From Carcharhinus amblyrhynchos (lineage: Eukaryota): 64,000 nucleotides of DNA. The position numbers and the translations under genes were made by a program. Positions 25,185 to 38,887 of this stretch are shown here, piece by piece. How positions within the stretch are numbered: position 1 is the stretch's first letter; every line of letters begins with the position of its first letter. The stretch covers positions 71,114,001-71,178,000 of the forward strand of contig OZ336878.1 of NCBI GenBank assembly GCA_965287045.1, read 5' to 3'. Below the pieces are notes generated by a model that was not told where the DNA came from, searched no databases, and was given only the letters and a program-made list of their open reading frames with translations.

Positions 25185-25934
25185 TGTGATGATACTGTGC
25201 TATTTTGCTATATTTTAAGGTGGAGCTGCTTTAAGAGGCAGTGCTTCGTTACAAGTGCCAATTGTCTCGTAAGCATGTAGCAGATGTTACAAATGCAGGC
25301 TAAAAACTGATTTTAGCTGGCAATGTGTTACTTTACAGAGTTAAGGCACCTTTTGTTTATTTAGGTTCTCCTGAGATTTTAGACTAGCTATGTAGAGTCA
25401 TGTGAGTTATGATTAGGTTGATTAACAGGGACACAGTCATGTGGTTAATGGGAGGCACTAAACTTGCAGTAACAAAACGGTTTCATTTTCATTTTAAATT
25501 ACAAGCAGTTGCTGTCTGGACCTGCTAGAAGAAACAAGTGTCTCTCTCTCCCCCTCCACAGGTTTTCTGAAAACTCCAGGACTATTAACCTAAGTCACAG
25601 GCAAATATGCATGATTTTGGTAACCAAGTATAAAGAGGGGTTTAAGTCTGTCAGGGTAATGTTGCTAGATTGGAACTCAGTGATAGGTTAGCAGTTAAGA
25701 ATTGTATCTTGTCATATTTAAGTATTCAGTTGTCAAAGGTTAAGCTAATTCATTTGTTATAATTAAACCATGTTATTAAATAAAGTTCATTTTCGTTAAA
25801 AGTTCCCTGGTTTGTCAGTACAATTGCAACTGGAGTGAAACATCCTCCCCTCACATTAATGCCAAAATAGAAAATTGTTGGGGTCTGGTCTGACTTCAGA
25901 ATATACATTAGAGTTTCTGATCAGTGTCTTAACA
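25185..25934 (+). mobile_element. Probable solo LTR (Gypsy-like)
   Basis: Begins TGTGATG and ends TTAACA (TG...CA), about 750 bp, with internal AATAAA near 25779. Flanks cgtg/cata are only an imperfect 4-bp TSD. Confidence 0.55.
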
Positions 25935-27081
25935 CATAGATGCATTTAAGAGAAAGCTGAGTAAGTACATGAAGGCAAAAGGAATAAAAGGGTGTACTAG
26001 TAGGATGAAATGAAGTTGGTGGGGAGGAGACTCATGTGCAGCACAAATACAGACATAGACCTGACCTGTTTCTGTGCTGTCCATTCTCAAATTCTCCATA
26101 ACTTCCTGATTCAAGTGTACACACCGACTGACATCTCAGTGATGTATTCACATGAAGCTGACTTAATATTGCCTCATTCAGCTCAAATGAATTAAAACCA
26201 AAGGCCAATACTCTACTGTTTCAAAAATGTCAGCTTCACCGGGTATCTCCTGAAACTGTATAATGGCCACTTTGGATGACTCAATGCAATAATTATTAAA
26301 ATTTTTGACATCCAGCTTGCACAAAGGGAGTTATAACAAGGGTCCAGATGAACTGCAAGAGTAAAAATGCAAGCAGCATATTATTTGAATTCAAAAATAG
26401 CTACGAAAACTTGGAGAATTGCAGTCAGGTATAATTCTCAGTTTAGTCCTGTTTGAGGTGAGAAGTTGATGCCCTCCCTGATCAGTCCCTGGTTCATGGC
26501 ATGGGTCTGACAACAGCAGATAAATGGGTATATTACATTAAATGGGCTTCATTTTGGCTGACAGGAAGCATTCCTGATAAAGAAAATATGAATGGTTTCA
26601 ATAGTTTGGATTTTGTTGAACAAGAAATTTCCTCAACTAAATTACGCAGTACATTGCAAACTACCATAGTGAATCAGCTGTATATTTCACATGGGTGTAA
26701 TATGTGCAGCACATGTGTTGTATTGGAAAGGGGCCACATGGAGGTGAGAGCTGAACTGCACAATCCACTCATCGCAGTCATTAGTGACTTACATCAATCA
26801 AGGTAATATACTTAACGTAGCATTTGATTTTATCTGCATTGTAACTGCATCAGAAGAGCAATGCTAGTCCCTGATTTTAGTTGATGCAGACTTAAAACAT
26901 TCTGCACTTTCAAGATGAAAATGGTGCAGAAGTGGATGTATCGGAAGGCGCATGCATTGTGGAGGCTGTTGAGCACATTTAGAAATTTGTCTGTAACCTG
27001 GGGCTTCGGAACTTAAATCACTTATCAACCTGAGTTCCACTATAGTTTCAAAGAATTCTGAAATCACAACAGAAAGCGCTG

Positions 27082-27660
27082 GGGCAGAAATTAATAGCCC
27101 CCACACCACCTGGCAGGTATTGAAGTGGAGGGGTGGGCAGTGTGAAATTGTATGGATGGGATTCCCTCTGGGTTCCTGCCTACCACACTCTGGTGGTGAT
27201 TTATGTTCAGGCAGGCTGGGCTTTGGATAGGAAGCTCACCCTTGTCCCAATTAAGGCCCTCAGTAGTGGCTGGCAGGTGGAATGCAGCCAAAGGGGTAGT
27301 TGTGGGGGGCAGGAGGGGGTGTAGAATTGTGTAAATCAGAATAGTTGGAACATGGGGAGGAAGTCAGGGCCTCCTTCAGAAGGCTGTCTGGGGACATCTT
27401 CCCCACAAGACTCAGTAAACTCTGGATTCCTCCTTCTCCCCTGACCTATCACCACCCCCCCCTCCCCCGAGACCCCAATTGCTCCGCCTCATGACCATTA
27501 AGGCCTTCCACACCTCCACCAGGATCCCTGCCAATTGCCTTGCCCTCTGTTTCCTGGAACTTAGTGCCTGGAAACTCTCTGCAGTTCCTCTTCCTGTTAC
27601 TGCAGCGCTGTGCCTAGAATGACTGAATATTCTCCGTATTAAGGGGTGGAAGTGTCATCT
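27082..27660. mobile_element. GC-rich non-autonomous DNA-transposon-like repeat
   Basis: Starts GGGGCAGAAATT and contains 'ccaattaaggccct'. Both motifs are also seen in 44169-44930. Confidence 0.45.
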
Positions 27661-27774
27661 TATGCCAATTATATTTATCTCCTGAATTCATTGCCTTCCT
27701 CATCATATTCTTAACCTTGTTACCTCAATCTTTCCCATTGTGTCAATTATAGACAACTGTCTGTGATCATTTAA

Positions 27775-28094
27775 GGATGCCATTTGGCCCATCATGTCTG
27801 CCCTGGCTCTCCAACAGAGCATCTTATCCAGACCCACCCCCTTATCCTATTCCAATAATTCCATTTATTAACCCTGCTAATCCCCCTAACCTACACATGT
27901 TGGGAACACTAAGGGATGGTTAATAATGGCCAACCCATCTAACCTGCATATGTTTGGATTGTGGGAAGAAACGAGCACCCAGAGGAAACCCACACACACT
28001 AGGATAATGTGCAAACTCCACACAGTCACCAAAGGCTGGAATCAAATCACGGTCCCTGGTGCTGTGAGGCAGCAGAGCTAATCACTGTGCCACC
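27775..28094 (-). mobile_element. HE1 SINE, near full length
   Basis: Antisense tRNA head (GGTGGCACAGTGATTAGCTCTGCTGCCTCACAGCACCAGGGACC), V domain and HER1-type tail (GATGGGCCAAATGGC). Confidence 0.9.
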
Positions 28095-28279
28095 CACTCT
28101 GAAAAAAAAAACTATGCCCAGGTCACCCAGAATTGCAATTTTAAATTTCCAACCTCTAAGCCTTTGCCATTTACTACCATACTTCTGCAGTTGCTGATCT
28201 AAGCAACCAGCTCCAAGTTATACACTGTCTTGACGTTGCAATATAACACCATTCCTTCAATGTTGTTAGGTGTAACTAA

Positions 28280-28702
28280 ACAGCAACTTACAGTTCTATG
28301 GCACTTTCAAGTATTAAAATGCCCCAAGGCACTTCGCGAGAGCATTAGAAAGCAATATATCACACTGAGACACACAGGGAATTGTTAGGACTGATGACCT
28401 AAAGCTTGGTAAAAGAGGTAGTTTTCAAGGAGTACCTGAAGAAGGAAAATACGGTAGAGAGGCGGTGCACTGTACAGAGGGAATTCCAGAACATAGCGCT
28501 CCATAATGGACCAATTAAAATCAACGATTCTCGAGAAGCCAGAAAACTAGGATGAGAATCTTAAAATCAAATTTTTTATTTGACTGGATGTCAGTGTAGT
28601 TCAACAACATGGGGGTGACAGGTCAATGACATTTGGCATGGGTTAAGACATAGGCAGAAGAGTTTTGGATGGCCTCACGTTTACAAAGGGTAAAATTTGG
28701 GA
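28280..28702 (-). mobile_element. L2 LINE 3' end, inserted into an older LINE (host pieces about 28200-28270 and 28715-28840)
   Basis: 'cccaaggcacttcgcgagagc...aaagcttggtaaaagaggtagttttcaaggag...gagggaattccaga'. Same family as 38105-38350 (-) and 29545-29700 (+). Confidence 0.7.
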
Positions 28703-29544
28703 ACTCCCAATTTAACCTTCATTACATGGACTGCAGTGGTTTGAGTCAACAGCTTGCCACTGCCTTCTCAAAGGCAGTTAGGGTTGAGCAATAAATATGG
28801 GCCTTGCCAGTGACATTCACATCCTGGGAACAAAAAAAACTCCACAGGGTAAAATTCCTCTGACATGAGTTCTGAGGCACTGAAAGTGTGGCCAACAGCT
28901 GGCCTCAGCCACATGTTGCTTTTTTGACAAATGATGGTAGATACTGTATGCCGCGCCTGTTACACTGGTATACATGACTGCATACCAAACATTCCAGAGC
29001 ACGGAAACAGATGCCAAAGATTACCAGCCACTATATAGACAAGCCGATCTGCACACTTGTTTCAGGAGTTGCTAATATCAAAGTCTCCCCTTGCTTCAGA
29101 TTAAATGCAAAACATTTTCAGAGAAAAAAAGATCAATTTCAAATTCCATTCTGCTGTGGATTATTTTGCTGAATCATCGAATGCAATGAGAACCATGAAT
29201 TCTGTCATCACCTAATTTTGACACTTGTTAAATAGTCTTTAACAAGATTGATAGACAACGGGGTAGGAAAACAAACCCCAAATTCCCAAATTGAGTAAAG
29301 TTACTCTGATGAAATATTTGAGTCAATACAACAACATGGAAGTCCCTGAAGGTGCTTCAGAATTTGAAAGGAGAAAATATCTGTGGAGGTAGAGAAGAAG
29401 AGAGAATTAAAGGTGTGAAGAGACCTACCTGGGTGGTATCATAAAGTCAGACTATGCAAATATTATGAGAGAAAATTCAGTACCTTGAATAATAATGCCA
29501 AGAGTAGTCAAGTTGATCCAATATGTTGTCAGATAAATGATGAT

Positions 29545-29700
29545 CCATGCCAAATGCCATTGTCCTATCACCCCTGTGCTTGCTGATCTACATTGGCACC
29601 CAGCCAAACAACAGTGTGAGTTTAAAATTCACATCCTTGTCTTCTGGCTTCTCGAAAATCATTGATTTTAATTAGTCCATTATTGATGGCTGTTCTCACT
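29545..29700 (+). mobile_element. L2 LINE ORF2 C-terminal fragment
   Basis: Translates ITPVLADLHWHPAKQQCEFKIHILVF, matching the L2 motif HITPVL..LHWLP...RI.FK. Confidence 0.8.
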
Positions 29701-30592
29701 CAGTTATTGAAAGAGAACAACTCTTTCAATAACTGGGTGAGAACGATCACCAAGTTGTACTTGTAACAAAATATTGCTTTGTGAGAAAAACAGCACGTGT
29801 AAAAAGAAATGGGACAGAGAAAACTGGTGGGACAATGAAATGGAGAGAAATTGAGTGGGGGAGTAGATCAATTTAATAAGAAAAGTTGCCACACTTCACT
29901 CAGCATTATTACCATTTTCAGAAGTTATATTCAATGGGCCAGAATTTGCTGGCAGAATAAAGAGTGTTTAATGACATGCACCATTATTAGTGTGTAAAAT
30001 GTTCAGCAATTTGTGGTGAGAAAGATATACCTATGAGCTGCAAAGATGGTGAGATTTATGTTCTTGCAATTTTATTCAGTCTCACCAGCCTGGAAAGGGA
30101 ACAATTTAAACCACAGCACCTTATTCCTGTCAGTAATGCGTTATTACTGGCTCGCTTACATTTTAGTTTTGTCTTTTTTTATCATATCTTTTAATTTTCT
30201 TTCTGTACCCAAATTGCTGTAATTATCCTGATTTTTTCTTAGCCCTTCCCCTGTTTGTTTTTGCAATCTGAAGATAATCTTGTCCTCCACTGAGGTCCCA
30301 AATGCCCCATTGCTCTTCCTGTGTTATTATCAGCTTGCACTGCTGGCAATTTGCAACATGCAAAAATTAAACTCAATGACAAGGTGAAGAATAATCCATC
30401 TATAAATTCCGAATTTTTTTTTTTGGCAATTATCAATCTCACCATTCTCTCCCCAAGGCCAGATCTCCCAGCACATATAGATAGCTTGATTGGCCAATGC
30501 AGCTCAACAGATCTTTTTGCACAACCATTTGCTATCAGACGACATGACAGCTGCTGTTGGCACATCTCAGCATGTGACACTGCAGTACTTAC

Positions 30593-30634
30593 CCTGTATA
30601 ACAAGCACACCAAGTGAGAGGCTTCCTGCTGCAT
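30593..30634 (-). CDS. Weak candidate alternative first exon (MQQEASHLVCLLYR)
   Basis: ATG to a consensus donor AGG|GTAAGT in phase 0. Weak Kozak context, no homology recognised. Confidence 0.15.
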
Positions 30635-30871
30635 TAAGTAATATTTTTCTCAGTACAAGTAGGAGCTTAATACAAGTGGCTCCAGGCCAAGCTGAATGAA
30701 ATTTCTTCATTCCCAACAATCAATACATGTCATTAAAAAAGCTGGAAGGCACAGATAAGGCAAACACAAATCTTGTAAATTCAAAGCGCATTAATTTAGC
30801 CTGCACTCTGAAGCAACATGAAACAGAATATTGGTTCTCTTTTAGAGTCATAGAGGTTTACTAATTAATAT

Positions 30872-30990
30872 GACACACACACACACACACGTACACACAG
30901 ATACATACACACACACACATATACACACAAAGACACAGACACTGACATACATACATACAAACACACATACAGGCATACGATACACACGCT
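30872..30990. repeat. Imperfect (CA)n microsatellite
   Basis: Direct reading of CA/TACA-rich repeats. Confidence 0.9.
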
Positions 30991-32069
30991 CCAAACCCAG
31001 GTCCCCAGAGAATGACCCTGGGCCTCTAGATTATGAGTGCAGTGACAATACCATTACCATCTCCCCTTTGGTGATATTTATAAGTGTATAGCATTTGAAT
31101 AGTTAATGGCAGCATTTTTCAAACGAAAAGCATGAATGTGACTTGGCTTCAGGTGCATATTACCACCAGCTCTGCTTTTAGGTTTAATAAAAACCTAAAC
31201 GAACTTGATGTTTTCCACTTTTGTAGATTATGTTCAGAGAAGTACATACAATTGATACAAAATACAAAAATGTAGGAGTTGCAGGGAGAGAGGAGGAGAA
31301 CCTTTGAGGAAAGGGCTCAACACTGCCTGGTAGTTGGTGTTAGTGCTGGAATTCACATATGTGGATGGACAGCACTAATATGGCAAAGATGTAAAAAAAG
31401 CGCAATTGGTCAGAGCAACAACAAATTGTAATTTGATATACATAAATCTGCTTGATATTAGTTCAACTTGATGGATGTTATCCAGGTTCTCTTTTCCTCC
31501 CTTGTATGATCTTCAATATCTAAGCACTCAAAAAGGTCGAGGAAATGACCTTTTATTCAGTCTCAGCACCTGAGTTGCTGCCTTTTCTAATCTTCCTCTG
31601 CTTTTGCTAATTCCAACAATGGCAAACCTATGGCCACACTTAGAATCTTCTGTCTTTGCTTGATAGCAATCAAAGGAGACTTTAGATCCATCAACCCATT
31701 GACTGTGAGAAGACCTGAATACAGAATCTGTGCCTTTTATACATCACTATTTACACGTGGTATACTTATCACAGAGCAGAGCTTCTGAATAAATTGACCC
31801 TGACATAAGGAATGATCTACATCTAAATATTCCACAAAAATACAAAGCAGGAAATATCTTGACTCACATGAAAAGGCCAGACATGAAAAGACTTACTAGT
31901 CCACCCAGCCAATCTCTGTAATTGTGATGTGTTATGTTTCATAGTACATATTTCTCTTGGCAAAAACACACTAAAAACCCAGGCCAAATAGAGAGAACAA
32001 AAAGGCAGAAAATTCCTTGCTGATCACCTCAGACAATGTAAACTAGCCCGGGATACCACATTAACCCAA

Positions 32070-32297
32070 TCTAGAGGAAGAGTAAGAGGTGACTTGATTG
32101 AAGCCATTAAGATCCTGAAGAGTATTGGCAGGGTGGACGTAGAACAAAACATCCTCTCTTATCAGAAAATCTTGAACTGGAGGTCACTGTATAAAGATAC
32201 GCGGTTGCTCATTTAAAGACAGTGATCAGGAGAAACTGTTTCTTGCAGAGGGTAGTGATTCTCTGGAACTTTCTTCCTCAAAAAGCAGTGGACGCAG
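32070..32297 (+). mobile_element. CR1 LINE ORF2 C-terminal fragment
   Basis: 'agagtaagaggtgacttgattgaagccattaagatcctg' (RVRGDLIEAIKIL) and 'ttcttgcagagggtagtg'. Confidence 0.75.
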
Positions 32298-32298
32298 A

Positions 32299-32390
32299 GG
32301 GCAGAATTTTCCCTTCCTACCCGCCATGGGAATTGTAGCAGACGGGACACGGACCACGCAAAGATCCGTGACCTTAGGCAGCAATTTATC
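32299..32390 (+). mobile_element. Short hairpin-rich MITE-like element (partial)
   Basis: GGGCAGAATTTT start; 'cccgccatgggaattgtagc...acggaccacgcaaag' matches 41835-41960. Confidence 0.65.
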
Positions 32391-34090
32391 TTTGTTTGCA
32401 ACCACTGACATTCTTGTCACCAGGGCAGATTCTATGCTGTACAGAGGGATATATGTATAATACTATACACTTAGACTGTTTGAGATAGCTGGAGAAGATC
32501 TGTGCAGGACCATAATGTTAAAATTATAATGCACCACCCTCTCCCTCCACCAAAACAAAATGGGAGCTTAGAGTAGTTTGTTTTGAGGGGCAGGAGCACT
32601 CAGTAGCCACTGGGGTCACTCGTAAATGGACAATCAGGATAGCAGGTCAATGCTGCCGTATGGTAAACAACATTTCTGATGAAGTGTACAGTCAAAGTAT
32701 GCTGACTTTTCAAGAGAGAAGTGGGAATTTGTCAACACTATTCAATTTAATGACTTTCGCTAGAATAAACTGTTGAAAGCCAAGGGAACACTTGCACCAG
32801 TGAGGGAAGGGACTAAATGGCAAATCAGCTGCTCAAGTCATAATTTGACAGAAGGAAGTTTTTTTGCTTTGTTGTTTTGCTGCACCAGATAGTTGACTTT
32901 TAGTGACGCTTTAACTCATTTAGTATTTTGCTGAGGAAAGCCATTAAGAGCGAGAGAGAGAGAGAGGATGGTCACGTTTGATTTCTGTGCAAGATGCCAG
33001 ACTCTAAGGGTAAAACTCTGAGCTGCAGAATCTGCATAATTCGACCACAGCTCAGCACTTTTGCTTTAAATTTCAGCCCACAGCACTTTCCAACAGAGAT
33101 ACTGATGACTCACGTTGACTGTGACCACTGCTAACAGTCTAATAGATGGAAACATCCCTCATGGCTTTCCCCAGTACAAATGCTCACTGATAATGTGTAA
33201 ACTAAATGGAATTTCAATCCTTTACACACATGAAGTATTACTGGTATACGGTTCCAGAGGCATCCACTGGGCGATTGGGAATTTCTGTGCCTATTTCATT
33301 AGGCCACTGCTGCTGGTATTTTCAGCTGCCTCATCAAACTCCTTCACGGTATATTACTACATCCCCAGGATATCACCCATACAGAGATAGTTGCAGCATA
33401 TCGAGTGGAGGAGGCACAGTGAACATGAAGGGCGACTCCAGACAATTACACACAACGAGAGTTTGGAAGCCTGATGGATAGCAGGCCTGAAGGAATTCCA
33501 AAATGTAATTGATAAGGCAGTGGGTAGGTAGTTGGACAGACAGAATCTGCTCTCTGTGGATTCAGAGCAGCATATGGTTTTGACCAGAAAAGAAAAGGTC
33601 ATCCGCTTTACTCACTAACTACGCTGGAGAGACAAAGAGAGATAACGAGCACAGCAGGGAAAGTAGAAGAGGGAAAGAAAAGGAGAAACTTGAAGTCGAA
33701 TAAAGCAGGACTGTATCATCACTTCAAAAGAAAGCAAATGGAAAATACGATTTGTTGCCCAGAATTGAATCCTTGGAAATTAAAGGTCAACAATATTTTT
33801 TAAATCAAGAAATAAAGTTCCTTGGTGTATGATTCCCAATGTCTGGCAGGCATTTAAGTTACAAGAAAATGAAAAGGAACCCTGTACACGACAGAAGTCT
33901 CCACACAACTGGTACTATTCCAAAACATGTCATTACTGTAACAAATGCCTGCCCCAGAAAGAGTTCACTAAGATCATTTTACACGATGCTCACTGTAACT
34001 TCATGGAAATGATTTAAGAGACGCCGCACTGTCAGCATCTCAAATATGATTGCCTGCTGCAATGCAGTGCACCGTTAAAAATACAATTAA

Positions 34091-34219
34091 NNNNNNNNNN
34101 NNNNNNNNNNNNNNNNNNNNNNNNNNNNNNNNNNNNNNNNNNNNNNNNNNNNNNNNNNNNNNNNNNNNNNNNNNNNNNNNNNNNNNNNNNNNNNNNNNNN
34201 NNNNNNNNNNNNNNNNNNN
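34091..34219. other. Assembly gap (129 N)
   Basis: Run of N. Confidence 1.
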
Positions 34220-35030
34220 TGGACTAGCTGGACCAGAATTTAGTGCATGATGAGATGTCAAACTGATTTACTTAGTCAGATAACTTATTGTTGCTTTTTT
34301 GCCCATATTGCCTTTCTGTAGGTGGCGTCGTAAATTAAAAGTCAAATTACTTTCTCAGCCAGCATTGATCACTGAAACAAGCAAATAGACATCTTGTCAA
34401 AGCAATATATACAGCACACATTGGCCACATTCCCAGGCAACACTGTGGCCATCATTTGACCCGTTTTGGCAGTGCAAGTTCTTTTAGAGAGTTATCCAAT
34501 TGGTCCAACTTTCCAACACTGTTGTTCCATTTTTAACCAAAGATGCAGTTCCCTTTTAAAAGTTACTTTGAATCTGCCTCGTTCATGCTTTCAGTCAAAA
34601 AGCATTCCAAAAGAAAAAATCTCATCCCACCCCTGTATGATGTATGACAAATCTATCCAAAGCTAAAAAGGAACTGCATTCGGGGGATCCACTGTTGGCA
34701 CCAGATGGCATTTGTACTGAGCCAAGTTCAGTCCCTGATATGGTGCTAGACTGCAACAAGAGACAGTATATCTGTTCACCATCACCCTCTAGAAACACTG
34801 AAAGTGAACAAGATTAGGGAAAAAAGGATAAAATCTTGAGCCCATGTTCACCGTCTGCAAGGTCACCAGTGGGAGCTCACGATCCAGAAAGCACAATTCT
34901 CAACAGCATTCTTGAGAATGCTGTGATATTATGGCATGATGTAACGTTAGTGTGTTTTACAACAGCCCCCCACAGCCATGGTGAAACAGCCTGCCAGCAA
35001 TCAAATTTCTATTCTCAAACTGAAAAATGT

Positions 35031-35386
35031 AATCACTTAGAATACCTACAGTACAGAAGGAGGTTGTTCATCAAGTCTGTCTCGACCACCACCCATCCTA
35101 GGCCCTATTTCCATAGCCCCACACATTTACCCTGCTAATTTCCTGACACTAGGGTCAATTTAGCATGGTCAATCAATCAACCTCACCTGCACATCTTTGG
35201 ACTGTGGATTGAAACCAGAGCATCCAGAGGAAACCCATGCAGACATGGGGAGAAAGTGCAAACTCTACACAGACAGTGACCCGAGGCTGGATTTGAACCT
35301 GGGTCCCTGGCGCTGTGAGACCTAAAAAAAAAGAGGCCCTGGTGCTGTGAGGTAGCAGTGCTAACCACTGTGCCATCATATTGCCC
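35031..35386 (-). mobile_element. HE1 SINE, full length, with internal 15-bp duplication
   Basis: Antisense GGGCAATATGATGGCACAGTGGTTAGCACTGCTACCTCACAG through V domain to tail CTTCTGTACTGTAGGTATTCTAAG. Confidence 0.92.
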
Positions 35387-37544
35387 ACTTGGACCAGGCT
35401 CTGTCAGTCCTCCCAGAACCCTGCCCCAAACAAGAGAGAAACTGGAAACGGACTTGGAAAATTCCATCACACATATAGAAGTTAGGTGATCCCATGACTC
35501 AGATGAGCGCTCCTAAACTGAAAATCATAGTATTTCACAACAAAATTAAGACTGCCACCCTGCCCATTGAACTCATGCCAGTCCTCTGAAAGAGCTACCC
35601 AAATAATTTTTCACAAGGTGTTTTTCTTCTAGCTCGCATTGAGTTCATTGGAACAATGCCAGAGACTGAAGACAGAGAGGTCACAGCGGGGAATTAAGAT
35701 GACAGAATTTTAACTGAAGATTGTTTTGGTCCAAAATGCAATTTAAAAGAAGGGAAACAGAGCATCACAGCACTAATGATTTCCAGCTGTGGCATTCATT
35801 CAGATAACACTGAGTGTAACACAGTGCAGATGACAACCAATGCTGATTTAGCTACTTGGACAATTTGCTTCCTCTGTAATACATGCAATCATTGTTTAAG
35901 ATATAAAAATATTATACAACAAAACCACAATACAACTTGATTTCCTTGGTTCCATCTTAAGCCACATGCTCACAAATAGAGGAAATCAAATTCCAACAAG
36001 ATGAAGCCTTTAGGCCAGTCAAGCTTCCCCACTGTTTATAGCAATGTTGGATTATACTCTGGGTCATAATTTAGTGAATTCAGAGTTTTGGGCCAAAGAA
36101 TCCAAAAATGTCCATGTGGCACATTAAAGTTTAACATAGCAGATCCACATACTGTTGCAAGTCTGCGAGAGTTACGCCATTATGAAACATTAAATGAAAA
36201 CCATCTGCTGAAATCTGGCACACAACCTCATCTGCTTTGAGCAGCACAAAACAATTGCAGAAAGGGCGAATGTGACACTCTCGCATCATGGTGCTTGTTC
36301 ACAGCTTAGAGGCTTCCACACACCGGACAGTCAGATCAATGCCACGATGTCCACATCCCATGACAGAATGAAAAATTATTGGCACTATCGATCTGCGTAT
36401 GAACCGCAATCACAACCCAGGATCTAGCAATCACGTAATTCAGTCATAACGTTCTGAGTGTCAGATTCGTTTTGTAACTAAATATTAATTTTCTCCACTT
36501 CCAAAGGACTTTAAACATTTAAAGTTTAATATGTTAAGTAACTGCAACATCATAAGGCAGATGACTTATATTAACTGAAGCAGTATCACCTGATTAAAAC
36601 TAACATCACAAATTTATTGATTGTATCACTATAAACCTTATAGAGTTTAAGCGATAGGATTATGAGCATGTGATATCTTAAGAGATGTCGACCACCACGT
36701 TTAATAACTAAACAAACTATCTTTTGTAGCAAATAAATTATGCAGAAAAAAGGTGCTACTGACTACTTCAACTCCAGTTTTAGATTGCCTGGAAAAGCCC
36801 GCTCTCAGCCCCAGGATTCACGCACTTTAGCCTGATTGTCCGATCGAGTCACAGAACACAATCACCTCCCACCAACCCCGGCCTCCCCGCCACTTCCCCT
36901 TATTCTACGAAAACTTGCCCCAAAAAGCGGCTCACAATGACTGGACACAACATCCTAGCCGGCATCTCCTGTGGCTCCTCATCTCTACCCTAGACGGACT
37001 TAGCTCCCTTCCCCAGCATGTAGAACAGTGCAGGGTCGGATGGACTTTATTGCTAATCATGGGAAAACTGCTAATATTTAACTGTCTGCCTGATCAAATT
37101 AAGAAGGCTCTGGCCAAAGGAATGAATCTATATACATATTTCCTTTAGGAGATGCTATAGCAAACGTTTTGTAAGTTATACATGGAAGTTTCAAGTTAAT
37201 ACAAAGCTTCACAATGAAAAATACTGACAACTGACTTGTTACGTATCCAGTAATCTTGCATCAGGGGTTGCCTAGTGTTGGGATGGTGTTGTCCACAGAA
37301 TGTGTCTGTTGGAAATGTCTTTGTAATCTTCTATATGTTAACAGCAAGTCTTAATTAATTGCTTGAAACTATATATAGGTATGCAGGAAGGGGTACAGGC
37401 AAGGAGATATCTCCATTTTTATGTTTGAACACATGACAGGTCAACATTATACTGACCCTTGATGTAGATCACATGCCTTCTTACAGCACTGTGCGCGCAG
37501 AACTGTACTCAGTTGCAAATCTACTGGACCCATATACCATATCT

Positions 37545-37858
37545 AAGTTTAAGTTTATTTATTATTATCACAAGTAGGCTTACATTAACACTGTAATGAA
37601 GTTACTGTGAAAATCTCCTAGTCGTCACGCTCCGATGCCTATTCGGGTACACTAAGGGAGAATTTAGCACAGCTAATGAACCTAACCAGCACATCTTTTC
37701 GACTGTGGGAGAGAACCAGAGCACCTGGAGGAAACTCACATAGACAGACACAGGCAAAACGTACAGACTCCGCACAGGCCTTGACCAAAGCTGAAATTGA
37801 ACCTGGGTCCCTGCAGCTATGAGGCAGCAATGCTAACCATTGTGCTACCATCCTGCCC
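37545..37858 (-). mobile_element. V-SINE, full length, alternative tail
   Basis: Antisense GGGCAGGATGGTAGCACAATGGTTAGCATTGCTGCCTCATAG...TTTTCACAGTAACTTCATTACAGTGTTAATGTAAGCCTACTTGTG. Confidence 0.92.
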
Positions 37859-38104
37859 TAGCTCCTAGCTTTAAGAGAATAAGTACAGTGTGCTAAATTT
37901 AACAGAAAGACAGGGTGGCAAGCATGAACTCTCTCCCTACAATTAAAGATCAGAATGTGCCTGGAGCTTCTCATCTTTGATTACTGTGCAGACTGGCAAG
38001 TGCCAGATTCTATCCTTGTGGCCTAAGCTGAGTTAGTTTATCTCAGTCAGGTTACAGGTCACAGGGCTACAAATCGTCCAAGGAAATCCTGGACTACAAG
38101 AAGA

Positions 38105-38350
38105 AAACAGCTTGCATCCATAAAGCACCTTTAATGTATAAAACTATTCCAAAGAGCAGGCTGTAATCAGACAAAAATGGATATCAAGCCAAAGGCTGAG
38201 ATCTGGAAAGAAGGTCAAGAGAGTGGGTTTGAAAGGAAGGTATTAAAGGAGGGAAAGGGATGAGAGGCAGAGAGATTGAATGGGACAACTTCAGAGTAAA
38301 AGTCCTCGATAGCTGACAGCATAGCTGTCAATAATGTGGCAAAGGACAGA
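38105..38350 (-). mobile_element. L2 LINE 3' end
   Basis: 'cttgcatccataaagcacctttaatgta...aaggtattaaaggagg...gagaggcagagagatt', similar to 28280-28500. Confidence 0.6.
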
Positions 38351-38658
38351 GATTGCAAGTAAAAAAATAAGCCATGTTCTCTCTTGTCATCCATCTAATT
38401 GTACTTATACTGCACATGGATGGATCTTGGTTGAGAACAAGATCAGGCTCAATGCCTCCAAGCAAAATAGCTTGCCAGCACCAACAGGAATCAAATATGG
38501 TTAAGGATAGTCACAGAGAACACCCCAAGCCCATGTAATCTTACCTTCAGGAACTTTCAAGAGGAAAATATGTGACTCTATACCAAGCTGGAGTTGTGCA
38601 TTACCCTTGGTGTGATGTGCGACTTCTTTTGATTGTTTTGTGCACTGCAAAAATATTT

Positions 38659-38795
38659 TGGCTGGAATCTTACCACTGTTCACGCCGGTGGGATTTTCCC
38701 ACCACGCCACAGTGAACGGAGATTTAGTTGGCTGCCAAATTCTCCAACTTCATTGCAGCAGGAGTGTGTCATGAACGGCAGGTAATATCGTGCCC
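38659..38795. mobile_element. MITE-like element
   Basis: Termini GGCTGGAATCTTACC and GGTAATATCGTGCCC are imperfect inverted repeats; internal 'ggtgggattttcccacc' hairpin. Confidence 0.6.
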
Positions 38796-38887
38796 TATGT
38801 TGGATAGATGACTTGGTCAAAATCAAGGTGGTGGCTATTGATGAAAAGTTGAAAATCTGATTTCAGGTTTTTTGACCTATCATCAGA

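Noticed and set aside
34040-34261. ORFs spanning the N run
   Set aside because: Artefacts of the assembly gap.
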